Positions 1-14,566 of a DNA stretch of 64,000 nucleotides are shown one piece after another. A program made the position numbers and the translations under genes. The stretch is from Tubulanus polymorphus (lineage: Eukaryota > Animalia > Nemertea). The notes under the pieces were generated by a model that saw only the letters and a list, made by a program, of their open reading frames with translations, had not been told where the DNA came from and did not search any database. Position 1 is the stretch's first letter. Each line of letters opens with the position of its first letter. Location of the stretch: positions 5,666,231-5,730,230 of the forward strand of contig NC_134033.1 of the NCBI RefSeq assembly GCF_964204645.1, given 5' to 3'.

Positions 1-2719
1 CAAGATTCACTCTTCATGACGGTGTCTGACGGTCTTCCTGACGGTGTCTGACGGCTCCTGACGGTGTTTAGTATGACCGATAAAGTACACAGTTTGAATT
101 TGGTTGTACGGGATTATTACTGCCGGCAACATACTCCTAGGCAACATATTCCACTTTCGAGAATAACATGAAACTCCACTAAAATGGCGAACTATTCAAT
201 ACGGGGCTAATTTTCGCTGTTTAGAGGCTTGAAGTGAATGAACTGTGAGGATCAGATGAAAAAAGCCCATGCAGTATTTGCGAATACAACGTAGTACTTG
301 TGATAAAATATGGTTGCATTGAGCATGGAAGCGAGTGACAGTAGTAGGCAGCAGAAACCCTAATAAGAAACACGCGAATCTCAATAGGGTTTTCTGTGAA
401 GTATCAGAAAACCCTAAATATCGCCATCTATCACGGTTTGGACATTTCAACGACACTATAACAGCTCTAAAGCATTTTTCAGAGTGGTTTGAACAACAAC
501 CTTCGACTAGTTCGCCATCTAGCGGACAATTAGGTCAGTAGGCCAGTCACCTGTTAAGTTACTACGCCGATACCTCAAGGTTTTCAATGTCACTCCCCAC
601 CTGAAAGGTTGAAGCAATTGTTAGCTTTTACAAGAAAGCAGTTTTCGAAAACTCTGGAACTTAATGGAACAAAAAAAACCTTAAATTATGACAATCCCTC
701 GCGTCCTTTGGAAATACTGTAAAGATATTTTATTTCTCAATACGTTTAGATAAGATTATGTATTTCTGATTGATACAATTTAATGTACCAAATGTCATGG
801 AACTATTACATTTTCACTGGTAAATGTTTTGTCATGTTACTCGTAGCTATGAATGGGGTATGAATGTGAGTGTGTGGGCGACTGGGCCATTCAGGTGAAA
901 AGTCAATTTTAAACTTCTCCAGTCGTCCAACGTATTATTATGCCTTATTTTGTTCCTATTCCCGCTACTTCATATTGTAATTTAAATCGCGAATGAAGCA
1001 TTACAACAAAAGAAAAAAAAACATAAAGAGAAGAATTGAAAGGCAAAAAACGACATTTAATGCAGATTATGATACGACTTAAATAACTTGATAATGATAT
1101 AAATTGATATTTGCCACTAGTGCCATTATCCTTTTAAATTATTAATTATCAGATTTTCGGTAAGAAATAATTCCGTTTGTCTTGATTCTTTTCGTCTCAG
1201 ACGATTTCGATTCAAAAGTCACCGTAATGCCGTGTATAAATCGGTGATGGACTTTGCTCATACACCGCACAGCAAGATCAGTAGTTATCAATTCGTTTTA
1301 ACAGGCCCGGCCGAGATACTTTGAGGGCAGTTATGTTTCATGAAAAAGGGCGTTTTTTCACCGCTGTCACTTTCTGATGAGTGTTTCTGATGAGTATTAG
1401 CCGTCTCATCATCTATCTGCTTTCAAGAGGCCGTTTTGAACATAATCGAAACATATAGAGAAATATTGCCACAAACGCCAGCTTGTGTCGATCAGGATTA
1501 AAATGAGCTGGTAGGCCTAAAATTAGGAATTTGGGACTGTTCAATTGGCTTTCTGGATTGGTTTTCTTTATTTTGCAAAAACAGTAGTAAAAGTAGTAAA
1601 ATAATTGTTTGAACAGATTCTTCATAAGTTCTTTTTTAAGATTACCAAGTAACGCATATTGCTGCAGGCTGGCCGTATAGTGCCCCTGAGGCTCTGGTTA
1701 GATATTCTTGCGAATCGTACGCAATTACGTAGCTGATATATAAACGGTTTTTATACAGCGGCGTGAAATCGCTGATAATTGTAATATTTGTACCGAGAGG
1801 TATTTGAAATTGATAAGAAAAATTGCGCAGGTAAATCGCTGGTTTGAAATCGATTCAGCCGCTTCCGATCGATAGAGATCAGACGTCATTAACCGGAGAC
1901 AGGATAACGATTTCTAGCGAACAGTTTTTAAGTCTAGCATTTTGCGTTGAATAGGAGAAATCTCAATGATATACGCACTCGGCGTCCGTGTTCAATTGAT
2001 AATACGGTACAATCTCACAATACAGACGAAAATAACTAGTCCAAAGGTTTCGAGTCGATGGTGTTTGCCCCAATGAATTGTTAATACTGCGAGGAAACAA
2101 AGACCCCATTTTGAAGTTTTGAAGTGTTCCCAGCGCAACAGGAGCCGTCAGGACTCGAACCCGCTTGTCACTCGGTATATCGATAGTGATAGCAACAGCA
2201 TGCACGGCTTATGTGGCCGGGAGGTTTGCTGTAAGGTGTTGCCATCTACAGCGCGGTAGTGTATATAGTGATTTTTGGCGGCAACAGACTCAGTTTGAGA
2301 TTGGTCGTCGATCAGGTGATGTCTCCGGACATGTAATACCGTAATTAAAAGTGATTACTTAATACCGATATTTCCGTGGTCGCAGGTCTTTCTTTGTTTC
2401 TGCGTTAATAGGAGGCCGCCGAGCTGTTGGTCGCCACTCGCATCTCCAGGACCCCAATTTAATTGTGACTCAAGGAGTAAAACCTCAAGCGTGAAACAAC
2501 GACCCGTTGCACTAAGACCGCCGTGGCTATCTTAGTAGCGCCATATGATTGTAAAGCTAATGCCCCGTTACTCCATTGATTAGAAGAAAGCTGATTCGAT
2601 TTCTAGACGAGATATAGAAACAAATTTAGGTGATTCATATTTCTTTCGATGTATCGTCACTTGCCATGAGTTGAATCCCCGATTGCCACAGTAAACAACA
2701 CCGGACTCGCATCGATATG

Positions 2720-3664
2720 CTACTGTTTGCAGACTAACGCTCTGATCGCCGAACGAATGTGTTTACCGGAAATCAGGTAAATGTAGAAATTTGCCGAATA
2801 GTTTAAACTCAAAATTCGATGGGTTATCTGATAGGGGATGAACAGAACTCTCTCCCACGACGGGTCCATGATGATAATAGCCAGGACGGCGTTGGGGACG
2901 GTAGTAATGAGAAAAAACGCGCAAATCGTTGTCGACATTTTTGTTACCTGGGCGTTCGATTTCTTGAAAGCCATGCGGTTGCGGTATATGGAAAATAACA
3001 ACAGCCCGTTTAGCGCGATCAAAGACGTGAAAGGAAAGTAACTGACCATTACGGGTACGCTTAGTTGGTAGATCGACTCGCCCAGAGGCGTTAAAACGCA
3101 ATGCATCAACGTCGGCTCGAACTTGATCGTGAAAAAGATGAACAAGTGGCTAGCCATTACTAGGAACAGGGTCAAGAAACAGAATTTCGTCGCCTTGCGC
3201 GGCGTCCAAAATCGCGGCCCGCGAAACGGGAACCAGACGACACAGAATCGCTCGACCGATATCAAAACCAGTATACTCGGGCCGAGAATCGCCGCGCAGA
3301 CGATGACGTAATCCTGGAACACGCAGGCGACGGTAGATGTCGCTTTGAACGTGTCGCGTAGCGTGATCATGTTGATGATGATGACAACGTCGTTGAAGCA
3401 GCAGGCCAGGTCGGACACGGCCAGGAACGTGAAGAACCGGCTGTACGACATGGGCCACAGGCGCGACGAAGTCATCACGGCGACGATGGCCACGTTGCCG
3501 AAAATGCCGAATATCTTCACGACGATGAACGTCGTTATGTCGACCAGACGAAACGTCGGGTAGGCGGCGTTCGCGCGCGGGAGGACCGAGATCAATAACT
3601 CTAGGTGCGGCATCGAATACTGATAGGTCGCCGCCAGCTGCGTCCCGTTCGTCGTGCTCGCCAT
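2720..3664 (-). CDS. Intronless class A (rhodopsin-like) GPCR, peptide/FMRFamide-receptor-like or chemoreceptor-type, 314 aa
   Basis: Seven hydrophobic segments. TM1 GIFGN, TM2 LAVSD, TM3 ISVERF (DRY equivalent), TM7 NYSANFYIY (NPxxY equivalent). N-terminal NGT sequon. GC-rich coding composition. Confidence 0.92.
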   Translation of the reverse strand: MASTTNGTQLAATYQYSMPHLELLISVLPRANAAYPTFRLVDITTFIVVKIFGIFGNVAIVAVMTSSRLWPMSYSRFFTFLAVSDLACCFNDVVIIINMITLRDTFKATSTVACVFQDYVIVCAAILGPSILVLISVERFCVVWFPFRGPRFWTPRKATKFCFLTLFLVMASHLFIFFTIKFEPTLMHCVLTPLGESIYQLSVPVMVSYFPFTSLIALNGLLLFSIYRNRMAFKKSNAQVTKMSTTICAFFLITTVPNAVLAIIIMDPSWERVLFIPYQITHRILSLNYSANFYIYLISGKHIRSAIRALVCKQ

Positions 3665-3929
3665 CGATGAAATCCGTAAATACTCGAGATTATTGAAATA
3701 CTGGAATTGCCGATTTGAATCGAATGGGGGTAATAATAGATACTAACTTCAGTTCACGTTTGAATTCGTTATTCGATCGATGGACCAATCAGATGATTTC
3801 AAATTACGTATAACTGCGATGTATATCGATTAACGATATTTTTATGTAGTCCGCGTGAAATTTGCAGCGAATCTACCAAGGTAAAATATGTAATATGTAT
3901 TAGAGATTTATGTTGTATGACATCAGACA

Positions 3930-4700
3930 TCGTGAATGTTTTAGACATTTTTGATTGTTAATGAACGAACTACAAACACCAGACAGACATCTTATCAGCA
4001 GACTTTTAAAAACCAATCGTCCACACTTCACGTGTGTTCAGGACTTCATCTGAGGCATCATCAATTGAAATTGAACTACAAACACCAAATATTAGTCATT
4101 TTATCAGCAAACTAAAAAACTGATCATCCACACTTCGTGTTCAGAACTTCACCAGAGACATTTTTAATTGCAAAATGATCTACGACATCAGTCGACACTT
4201 TCAGACACTCTCAGCACACTTTCAAAAACTGATCGTCCACACTTCACATGTGTTCAGGACTTTAACTGGGGCATCATTAATTGAAAATGAACTACAAACA
4301 CCAGATATTAGTCATTTTGTCAGCACACTTTAAAAAACTGATCATCCGCACTTCGTGTTCAGAACTTCACCAGAGACATTTTTAATTGAAAATGATCTAC
4401 GAACACCAGTAGACACTTTCAGCACGCTTTCAGACACTCTCAGCACACTTTCAAAAACTGATCGTCCACACTTCACATGTGTTCAGAACGAAACCTGAGA
4501 CATTATCGAACAACAAAAACCAGACATTAGACATTTTATCAGCACACTTTCATTACTGATCGTCTACACTTTGCGTGTTTAGAACTTACACATTTTGTTC
4601 GAAAATGAACTACAAACACCAGACATTAGAAGTTTTATTAGGACCTTCGGAAACTGATCGTAGACACTTCACCACATGCGTTTGAGGTCGCCATCAATCG
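3930..4700. repeat. Degenerate tandem repeat, unit about 105-110 bp (gaactacaaacaccagacattagacattttatcagcacactttcaaaaactgatcgtccacacttcacatgtgttcag...)
   Basis: About 7 copies, with unit starts near 3967, 4073, 4176, 4289 and 4393. The same family recurs at about 13695-13970, 18465-18690, 19900-20135 and 44260-44365. Confidence 0.85.
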
Positions 4701-5241
4701 AAAATGGCCCACAAACATCATCATTCATCCGTTCAAAAATAGGGGTCATCAAAGCTTCACAATGAAATCCATGAATATCTGAAGACTCGCATTAGGACCA
4801 ACTGTCTTTCTTGTGTTATTGACGTCGAATCCGAAGTGGACATTTTATAAAGCAAAGGGCAAATCAGTGCTAATCCCAACTTCAGCGCGATACTCAGTGT
4901 TAATATGCAGTTGGCCTGCAACGACAACACAATAGAAAACTTACCTAAACATCCAGATACTCAATGCGTACACAAGTACAGAATCGATCAATAATTCAGC
5001 GATAAGTGCTTCAACATCGTTCGGAGTTGACGCATTGTTCTTATTGTCTTTGATTCCCAGTACAAATCAATTCGTATTGTCCGGCGTAAGACACCTGTAC
5101 AATGTGTTTTCCCTCGAGTATGTTTTTCCTCTACTTACGATTTCCTCGGTGACTATTTTTCTGCATTCGATTCGATCGCGCCGTTTCAGATTTGCGCAGT
5201 TCTGTTCGTCGGAAAACGTTACATCAACGAAGAAATCCGCA

Positions 5242-8200
5242 ATGTTAAAGGTAAGTCAGACACACAACACTAAAGTTGTTTGGTTTACGTATATCTCAAA
5301 ATGGGTCTTTTGTTTTTCTGAGCAAACTCAGTAATACGCGTAAAGCCGATGCAAGGAAACCCGGCTGATAAATGCGTGAGAAACATGTTTCCGAGCGTTT
5401 CCCTACGGCGTACGCGTTAACTATAAGTTAAAATGAAAAGGTTTTTTCAAGAGAAAATATTAAAACGTACTGTTGGTTTTATGGTAGTGTTGAAGTTTAA
5501 AGTTGATATAACCGTGGCTTTTAGGATCCTTTTAATGTAGAATGGTCGTTTCTGTTAGCTCTTGGTGGCACAAATTGTAGGCTGTTCGAATATCACGGAT
5601 ACCGGACACCTAAATACCGGATACCCGATACTCGAGATTGCGGAGTATATAGCGCATCGGGTCTAACGGTCAGCGGTAAACAGCAGTTCGTGGGAGATCA
5701 AGTGGAAGAATAAAAGGCCTAGATTATTTTCATAATACATCGGTATATCCTTTTCAAGTACAGTAGCATACAAATGTTACCGGTATAGACAATTCAATAC
5801 AGATTTATTGCTTCCGAGTAATAACACGATTACATACGACGGACACGGTAACAAACAGTGGACAGAAAATATTTTCTATCATTCTGCCAATTTGAACGGA
5901 TTACCGAATAGACCGTTACCGTTTTGGGCAGAGCTACTGTACAATACAAAATATCTTTATCATTCAGTTTCACGAAGAAGGCCATTTTAATAAAGTTAAG
6001 CGTTATTGACGATCTATATTTTCATGAATCAAATTTAACATCAGGGTAAATAGTCACTTAGAGGTATGGTAGGTACCGGTATTCGACGAACTGGTTTTTG
6101 AAGGTTATACCAAAACAATTGGTGTCCAGGGGAGTTGATTTTCGACGATCGCCATGGACTCAATTTCATTTTTAGGGACATCGTGATTGAGAATGAAATG
6201 TTGACATATCGTCCAATAAATAGAATATACCGAATATTCTCCTCCATGAAATAAGAAAACGAATTTTAAGGCCACACCAAAAGAAAACCCTGTTTCTCGG
6301 GCCCGACCGACCCGATATTTCGTCATTTCAAATAATTATTTTCGAAATAAAATAAAATTGCCTACCGACCCTATTTCAAAATTGTGGATGAAATAACTAT
6401 TTTCAAAAATATATATGTGGCCGACCGACTACAAAGCTCTCCATTCTCGTAAATATTTTTTCTTTTTCGTGAAATCGTGATGTCGGCACCGAGACGTAAG
6501 TATATTATTCTGCCATGCGCTAGTGAGTCATAGGGAAACCCATGAAGTAAACATGTATATCATCAAAGTTTAAAACGTGCTTACTACACAGTACACCATG
6601 ATTTCATCTGTATCAGCTGTTTATACGTTATAACAAATGTATGCCCAAAAGTAAAATGTACTGAGTTGACGCTACCGCACAAATGGTCGTTTATTTTATC
6701 ATGTCAAGCAGAACAACGATGGCGATTGAGAAAAATATCTATACTTTTAATTCAGCTCAACTTTTGCCACCATGATTTACCTAAATTTGTTTTTGCACTG
6801 TTTTTTTTACTATGTAGTCCTTACACTCAGTCTATCGCTACAGGAACTCATATTCGTTTTGGTGAATGCAGTCGGTGTACATGGTGCTGACTTTAACACT
6901 GCTATTCTGAACAGACACAATGAAAAACGAAGTGAAACCTACCTCGTGGTCAACGGAGTTGGGCCTCTGGTACGTATCCCGCCAAAAATAACGATAATAT
7001 ACATTAGATTTCATTTCGTTAACCATACTTTAAGATTAAATAACCCTTGCTAACCATAAAATAACCTCAAGCCTCCCTAACCAGTTCCAGAACCCAGCAG
7101 ATGGCGCTAGTAGCAAAACGCCGGACGGCTATTCGAATAAAGCCTACAAAGCAAACGACTCTGAGAAACACGGAAGCACAGACACGCGAAAAGAAATGTG
7201 TAATTGATCTCGTAACTATATTTTCGTTTCTAGAAAACGCACATGGCACAGAGAAACGCTCGCAAACATGTTTCGATCTCCTGTTGCCGTGTTTCCTTTA
7301 TCACGCGTGTTTGGCTTTTTAGGTAGCAAAACATGGAAGTTAATGCTTTCAATCGATTTTAAAGCTTTACGGTTAGGCTTAATCCTCGTTTTGACGATTT
7401 CTTTCTCATTAAACGACTTTATCCTCGTTTGGACGAGTTCATCTTAGAACACCGTTAAACGGGTTTTTTCTTGTTAAAACGACTTTAATTTTTAATCTTG
7501 TTTTGTCGACTTACATTGACGAAAAACTAATGTCATGTCATCTTGAACGCGCTTTCTTATTAAAGCAGCGTCTTTCGTGAATAAATATGTGCTCGTTTTT
7601 AATTGTCGAAGGTATGGGACGCTGGTTTGGCCGAGGCGGCGCAATCGCTGGCTGAGGAATGTAACTTTAGACACAGCACCGGCAATTACGGCGAGAACAT
7701 CTACGCGACGTATTCCACGAATGACATAGCGGATGATGTTGCTGCTGAATCGGCAGTGGACAACTGGTACGCCGAAATAAAGTATTATAATAAGCAAACC
7801 GGGGCTTGTTCAGGCGGCGTTTGTGGACATTATACTCAGGTGAGCCTTTGATCGTGTACTACTGATAAACAGTGTATGCGGGTCGTATTTGGGAGGGGGA
7901 TTCTGGCGGTTTGGACACGAGACTCATCGAAGAGTATTCACCCTGTCAATATGAATATTTCAGCGTCGATATAAAGAATTCGTTCATAGGCGATCCTTAC
8001 CGTTTGCTCTCGCTCGAAATACTTCTAAGACTTCGAAATACTTCACTATTGACTTTTAAGACTTACTCAGGACCACATTGCAGGGAAATTTATGGAAAAC
8101 TTCTCCTCTACCTCTTCTACCTCTGCAATTTGGCAACTATTTAAATTATCCTATTTGTTTCTTATTATGAAAAAAGGTTTAGGTTTGAGCATTTATAGAA

Positions 8201-11200
8201 CCAACCACTGAACTACGAGTCTGAAGGCATCTTACCAAAGGTCAACTCGTCAAAATCAAACCCGCCAAACCCAAATGAAACACGTAAACAGGAAACACAA
8301 ACTATTGATCTGAACATTTCCCTCAGTCGTGGGCGTTAGCGAGAAACGTAATTTCGGGAATCAATGTTTCCGAGATCAAGCCGGTTTGATTAATATATGT
8401 TTCTGTTTCCCTGCATCGTGTTAGTTTGGTTTTAATGAAATTTGTATCATTCAAAATTCTTTTTTAATTGCATTTGAATTACATACGTTCAATCCAAATC
8501 ATAGGGCGGAATTTCAAGAAAATCGACCGTCAGGTACACTTCTCTACTATCAGATTTTTCTATATGTAGGTTTTTAACTGGCAAGATTTTGGGCGTATAT
8601 GAGCCCCTAGGCTGGGAGGGGCGCCACCCAAATTATTGATAATGATGGGGTCACGTTTCCTGGCCCAGGATTTTACCCGTGAAGCCTGATTAAAAGCCAC
8701 GTATGCTCGATAATGGACGCGCTTGTAAATTTATCTTCATCAAGGTCGTTTGGAATAGTACTACTAATGTCGGTTGCGGAATAGGAACATTTCCTAAAAC
8801 AATGAACGGACTAGACTTGAAGGGAGTGATGATATTCTGTCAATATACACCGCGGTAAGTGAACAACTAAGCGCGAGCTGTCTCAAAGCTATGGTCGGAG
8901 TAAGAGACTCAAACAGGTATATACTTGCCACCCGAAACTAGTGTTTACGGTGGAAGTCATTTGTTTGACGATTTAAACAGCGAGATAGCGCAAGTTTTAA
9001 AAGATGAAAATTATCTCTTCATTAGTGGAGATTTTAATTCATATACAAAAACCTTCCCAGAATTTATAACCCATGATGAATTCATAGCAAATGAATTGGG
9101 CCTGGACTTCATTTTTAATGACGCAGTGGTAGGTTTGGCTGAACTTGATGGGCTTGGAATCCGTAATAGATGTAATGAAGATAGCGGGATAAATAACTAT
9201 GGGTACAGGTTGATTGAACTTTGTAAATTGTGTAATATTTTTATTGTGAATGGCCGAGTTGGAGTTGACAGAAATATCGGGAAGTGCACGTGCTTCAAGG
9301 GAAACACAAAACACCTTGTGGACTATTTTATCAGTTCATCGAGCATTTTTAAAAACATTACAGATTTCCAAGTACTCGAATTCGAAAAGCTTTTTTCTGA
9401 CGTTCACTCAGCGATATCTTGCCAAATTAGAAGGGGAAATTTACCAAAACCAGAACAACGGGACCACCCGACAGTTGTAGATCAAAATGCTAGGATTAAG
9501 TGGAATAAACAAAGAGTTGAAACCTATAAAATTGAGCTCAAACGACGTAATGAGGACCAATTAATTGAACTCAATAGAGAACTATTAGATAATAATATCA
9601 ATGCTGGTGATGCGAGCAATATTTTAACTGACATAATGATCAGTACTGCAGTTTCAATAATGGGGTTACAAAATGTAAAAAGTAAGAAAACGGTCAGTAA
9701 TAATAAGGGGTTTAGCCCAAGATTAAAAGAGCCGAGGAGAAACTATCGTCAGATGAAACGGAGAATAGGAGGTATAAATCAAACCTAAATAGAACAGAAA
9801 TGAACAAAGCTTTTAGGCGATATAAAAAAGCTATCCGAACTCAGAGAAATATAAAAGTGAAAAATATGAATAACACCTTGCGGCAAATGAAACGCCTAAA
9901 CCCAAGGGACTATTGGAAATTCTTCAAAAAGGATAACAATCCACAACGTGAAACCACACTTGAAGACCTCTTTAAATTTTATGTTGACTTAAATAAACCC
10001 CCTACAGATGAGGGGAATTACTCCGGTTTTTTTAATGCCCTTGACTTTTCGTTTGACGGCGATGAGGTATTAAATAGGTTTTTCACTACAAATGAAGTTG
10101 TTAAATGTATGAAAAGACTTAAGACTAACAAAGCTGCAGGAATAGATCGCATAACTAACGAAATTTTAAAAGCCTCACAAGAGTTCATATTACCAACACT
10201 TGTTTTACTTTTTAACACTGTCTTAGATACCGGTGTTATCCCCGACAGTTGGACTATTGGTACTATCAAGCCAATCTATAAGGGAAAAGGCGATGCCAAA
10301 GACCCACACAACTATCGAGGGATCACCCTCCTTAGATGTCTGGGGAAACTTTTTACTAGCCTGATAAATGATCGTCTGACGGAATACCTAGAAATCAATG
10401 ATCTTCTACTGAAAAACCAGGCAGGCTTCAGGAAGGAGCATTCTATATTAGACCATATCTTCACTTTGAATTCACTGATTGAATTATTTATAGCAAACAA
10501 TAAGAAGTTATTTTGTATCTTCATCGATTATCGAAAGGCATTCGATTCAATATGGCGTAAAGCACTCTGGCATAAAATGATAAATACTGGTATAACTGGA
10601 AAAATATTACGAGTAATTTACAATATTTATCAAGATGCAAAGTCATGTATTCAAGTAAACGGCGTCAATTCGGAGTACTTTGAGAGTTTTAAAGGATTGA
10701 GGCAAGGTGAGAACCTCTCCCCTATTCTGTTTTCAATATATCTGAATGATATGGAACCGTTTCTGATTGAAAGTCAGTGTGATGGTATTAGGTTCTTTCG
10801 TGACCAAGAAAGCTTAGATGTTTATTTCCAACTCCTATTATTGTTATATGCAGATGATGCCGTTATACTAGCAGAATCTGCCCAAAGCCTACAATATACA
10901 ATCGATAAAGTCTTTGAGTATTGTCAGATGTGGAAACTCGACATCAACTTGGATAAAACGAAGGCAATAATCTTTCAAAAGAGGAAATGTCGAAATCCTC
11001 CAGAATTTTTCATATATGGGAGTAAAATAGAATTAGTCTCCAGTTTCAGATACTTAGGTATCATTTTCTATTATAATGGAAACCTATCGACATGTATTAA
11101 GTCTATAGCTTCACATGCTAATAAAGCTATGTTTTTTGTTTTGAAAAAGGTAACAGAATACTCCTTGAGTGTTGACATAGCTTTACAACTCTTCGACAGT

Positions 11201-12341
11201 ATGGTAACCCCAGTTTTAACATTCGGTTGCGAAATTTGGGGATTTCTAAATTTGAACTTGCTTGAGAAAGTTCAACTGACCTTTTTCAAATATCTATTAA
11301 AACTAAAAAGGTCGACACCGACCTTCTTTGTTTATGGAGAACTAGGACGTTTCCCCTTGGAAGTAACGGTAAAAACCAGAATGCTTAAATTTTGGAGCAA
11401 ATTGTTGAATAATCATAGTAAGCTTTCTTCTTTTATGTACAAGGTTTTGTACCAACAGTCCTTATTTAATAATAATACCAGTAGATGGTTAAAATGTATC
11501 AAGAATACATTGGAATCTAACGGACTTGGTGATTTATGGTACAACCAAAACACACCGGACCTGGAGCTCTTCTCTTTAATAGTGCGGACACGATTAACTG
11601 ATCAATTCACCCAAACTTGGCACAGCATAGTAAATGAATCAAGCATCGCCACGTACTATAAATTTTTTAAAAACCAATGGGGTATCGAAAATTACCTTGT
11701 CAAACTGCCAACGGATCTTAGAATAATTCTTTGCCGATTTCGCTGCTCTAACCATAAACTACCAGTCGAAATAGGAAGATATAACCGTACCCCCAGGGAA
11801 GAGCGAATATGTAATCTATGTAATATGAGAGTCATTGGGGATGAGTACCACTTTGTTCTAGAATGCCCTTTCCTTCAGAATCTTCGCACCCGGTTCATTA
11901 AACCATATTTTAGAATAAGACCAAGTGCCTTCAAACTGATACAATTATTAAATTCTAAAGGCAAACAGCTCTGTAACCTATCTCGCTTTATACAGCAAGG
12001 ATCAAAGTTTCTCTAACTCATATTAAATATGTACTGTTCAATGCCCGCCTTAAGCTATTGTTGATTGATAAGTATTCATGTATTTCTTTTCATTTAAACC
12101 GTGTTTGTATGAATTCTGTAAACTGCATGGATACGTGTACAATGTATGAACCTGTTTTTTGTGCTCTGTGCAAATGTAAATTTTGTGGAGCAATAAACTA
12201 ATTGTAATTGTAATTGTAAATTGTAAACAGAAACACGGGTACTTGGTGAACTCCTCTCACAGCTGTGGTGGGAGTGAACGAATAAAACAGACTCATTGAA
12301 TTTCTTTCAGAGGAAATACGAAAGGCAAAAAGGCGTTCTAG
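5242..12341 (+). CDS. Secreted CAP-superfamily (SCP/PR-1-like) protein 1, about 167 aa, 5 exons
   Basis: Exons 5242-5250, 6844-6969, 7612-7839, 8745-8854, 12311-12341, all GT-AG and phase-consistent. Product MLKELIFVLVNAVGVHG-ADFNTAILNRHNEKRS...VWDAGLAEAAQ...CNFRHS...YGENI...WYAE...CGHYTQVVWNSTTNVGCG...FCQYTPRGNTKGKKAF*. Signal peptide plus CAP motifs (HN, GENI, GHYTQVVW, CxYxPxGN). Confidence 0.9.
8917..12224 (+). mobile_element. 5'-truncated non-LTR retrotransposon (LINE; APE endonuclease + RT, RTE-X-like) in intron 4 of CAP gene 1
   Basis: ORF 8925-9788 has endonuclease motifs (IYLPP, GDFN, VDYF, SDVH). ORF 9800-12016 has RT motifs (QGENLSP, YADD, YLG) and a C-terminal CxxC..DEYHF..C motif. 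One frameshift near 9760-9800 separates the ORFs. AATAAA at 12192, then a (TAATTG)n tail. AAACAG duplicated at 8911-8916 and 12225-12230 (putative TSD). Clade assignment is tentative. Confidence 0.93.
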
Positions 12342-13255
12342 ATCGGTCATGCTGCATCGATATTTCGGCCCTAGCAATGAATAGTTCGAAAATGTTTTTA
12401 TATTCAAGCCATTAAACCAGCTATTGATTCTAAAATTTCGAATTCAAATAAAATCAAATGCATTAATTGAATTTGTCTTAATATTTTCTGTTATCGGTGA
12501 AAACGATATCGTTTTTGACGGGAGTCACGAATTACTGTAGCTATGTATGTAGGTTTATAACCACGATCTGTGCGAACTGATTTTGAGCATAAATATACAT
12601 TAGCTGCAATACTTTAAAGGGTTTTCTGCCTAACAAAGCATCATTTATATGCAAATCTTTTAGTAGGCCTACTACAAATAGAAATGAAAAAGTTGTTGTT
12701 TTTGTCGCGATTCGAACCTGATATGAACGGTACAACTACGTCAAATGTATTGTATTACAGCAAGACCTTTACACATTACTTTCGATATGACAGAGTTCGA
12801 ACAAGCACTGTGACACATAATAAATAAAACTCATCTTGAATTGACGTGTTTCGGATTCAAACCAAAAACGGTTGTTTCGAATTCGTTACATTCCAAAATA
12901 AGTTCTATTCCATTGGAAACCACTGATGACGAGCACCGTCCAGCATAAAAGCTAGTTGACATAATCTCATACCGGCAATAAAATCTGTGTTGACGTTCTA
13001 AATCTTTTGGCTAAATTCGCTGTGTTTTACGAGTGTGAACTTTCAAGAGTTAATTGATACATTGAATGAATTAAATTAGATCCAATAGATACGGGACTCA
13101 GGAACCGGCAATCCGTCACTTCCTGGTCAAATGCAGATCACATTATCGTACCTACATAGTGGCGGCTTTTTGATATGCATTTCCTGTATCTAGAGGGTAC
13201 AGATGGATAAGGTTGCGGTTGGGAAAGGCAGTGAATAGTGAAAAAATGTCGTCAT

Positions 13256-13389
13256 CAGGGCCCAGTTTCACAAAAAAGTTTAACCCAATTTGTTGGGTAA
13301 TTGTTATCGGTTACTTCATGTTTTGAATTAGGACAACAACTCAAACTTAACCGTTTTAGGCTTAAACTGTTTCGTGAAACTGGGCCCTG
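13256..13389. mobile_element. Short palindromic MITE-like element
   Basis: Terminal inverted repeats cagggcccagtttcac...gtgaaactgggccctg. Related elements at 47422-47534 and 30025-30294. Confidence 0.7.
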
Positions 13390-14269
13390 GAGTGGTTAGA
13401 GCGATGCACTGGCACTCACGACCTTTTGTGTTCGAATCCAAACTTTCGCAATATTTGTCCGGAATGTCTTAAGTACACGCAAGGGCAAAGAGGAAATCGA
13501 CGATCTTGAAGTAATCAGACTGAATTTTTTGAGTACACACTTTGAAAGCACATCATTCTTTTTTCAACAATTATAATCGGTGTATTTCAGTGCACGCGTG
13601 GGCATATGTGGTTGCCTTCTTGATAATAAACGTGCATTTTGGGAAGTGACAAGTTCTTGAAAACCAGGTCAGTACCTGAGAGGAGAAGATGTACACACAC
13701 CAGACATTAGATGTTTTATCACCTCACTTTCAAAAACTGAACGTCCACACTTCGCATGTGTTCATAACTTCACCTGATACATTTTCCTTATTGGATATGA
13801 ACTACAAACACCAGCCAACGAACATTCTATCAGCGCACTTTTAGAAACTGATCGTCAACACTTCACATGTTGTCAGGACTTCACCTGATACATTTTAAAT
13901 TGAAATAAACGACAAACACCAGATATTAATTTTAATAGCACATTCAAAACCCGATCGTCCGCACTTCACCCTTCATCTCAATTGCAACCATCTATCACTC
14001 AACATACGTTTTGTCACCCTACTTCAAGAACACGATCGTCAAGACTTTGCATTCTACAAGAGTATTATGAGGAAAGATGACCAGACCCACGTATCGATAC
14101 TGGCATCGACAAATGATCGAAATGATCACACACTTTGATTAGAAATTAAAGAATCAAAATCAAGAATAATTACCATAGCAAGAAAAAGGGAGATGTGTGT
14201 GAACATCTAAATCTAAAATTGTGTTCATTCCAATAAATTTCTCGTTCGCTGCTGCAATCGGTATCTCAA

Positions 14270-14566
14270 TAGGCAGCCGGTTGGTCTGGAACAAAGCACG
14301 CCACAACATCCAGATCATGGGGACTCGACAAAGACAGAATCGAACGATTTCAGCAAGTGCTACAACTTCATTTTGCAGTTTCCGTTAATTATTCTCATTG
14401 TGTCTTGTTGGCGCTACAACCAATTCGTATTCGTCCAGAGAAAAGTAGCTGTTTGATACACATTTTTATTTAAGATCGTATCGTTGACTGCTTTTTCCCA
14501 TTCAAATCGCGACGATTCAGGTAAGCAGAATTTTTTTCGAAGAAATGCACGATGCTGAAGGTCAGT
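14270..14566 (+). pseudogene. Orphan copy of CAP-gene first exon (5'UTR + ATG CTG AAG + donor)
   Basis: Aligns with 4945-5256 and 20278-20552 (shared acatccagat, acagaatcga, caattcgtatt, ATG-NTN-AAG|gt). No matching exons 2-5 found before 20278. Confidence 0.7.
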
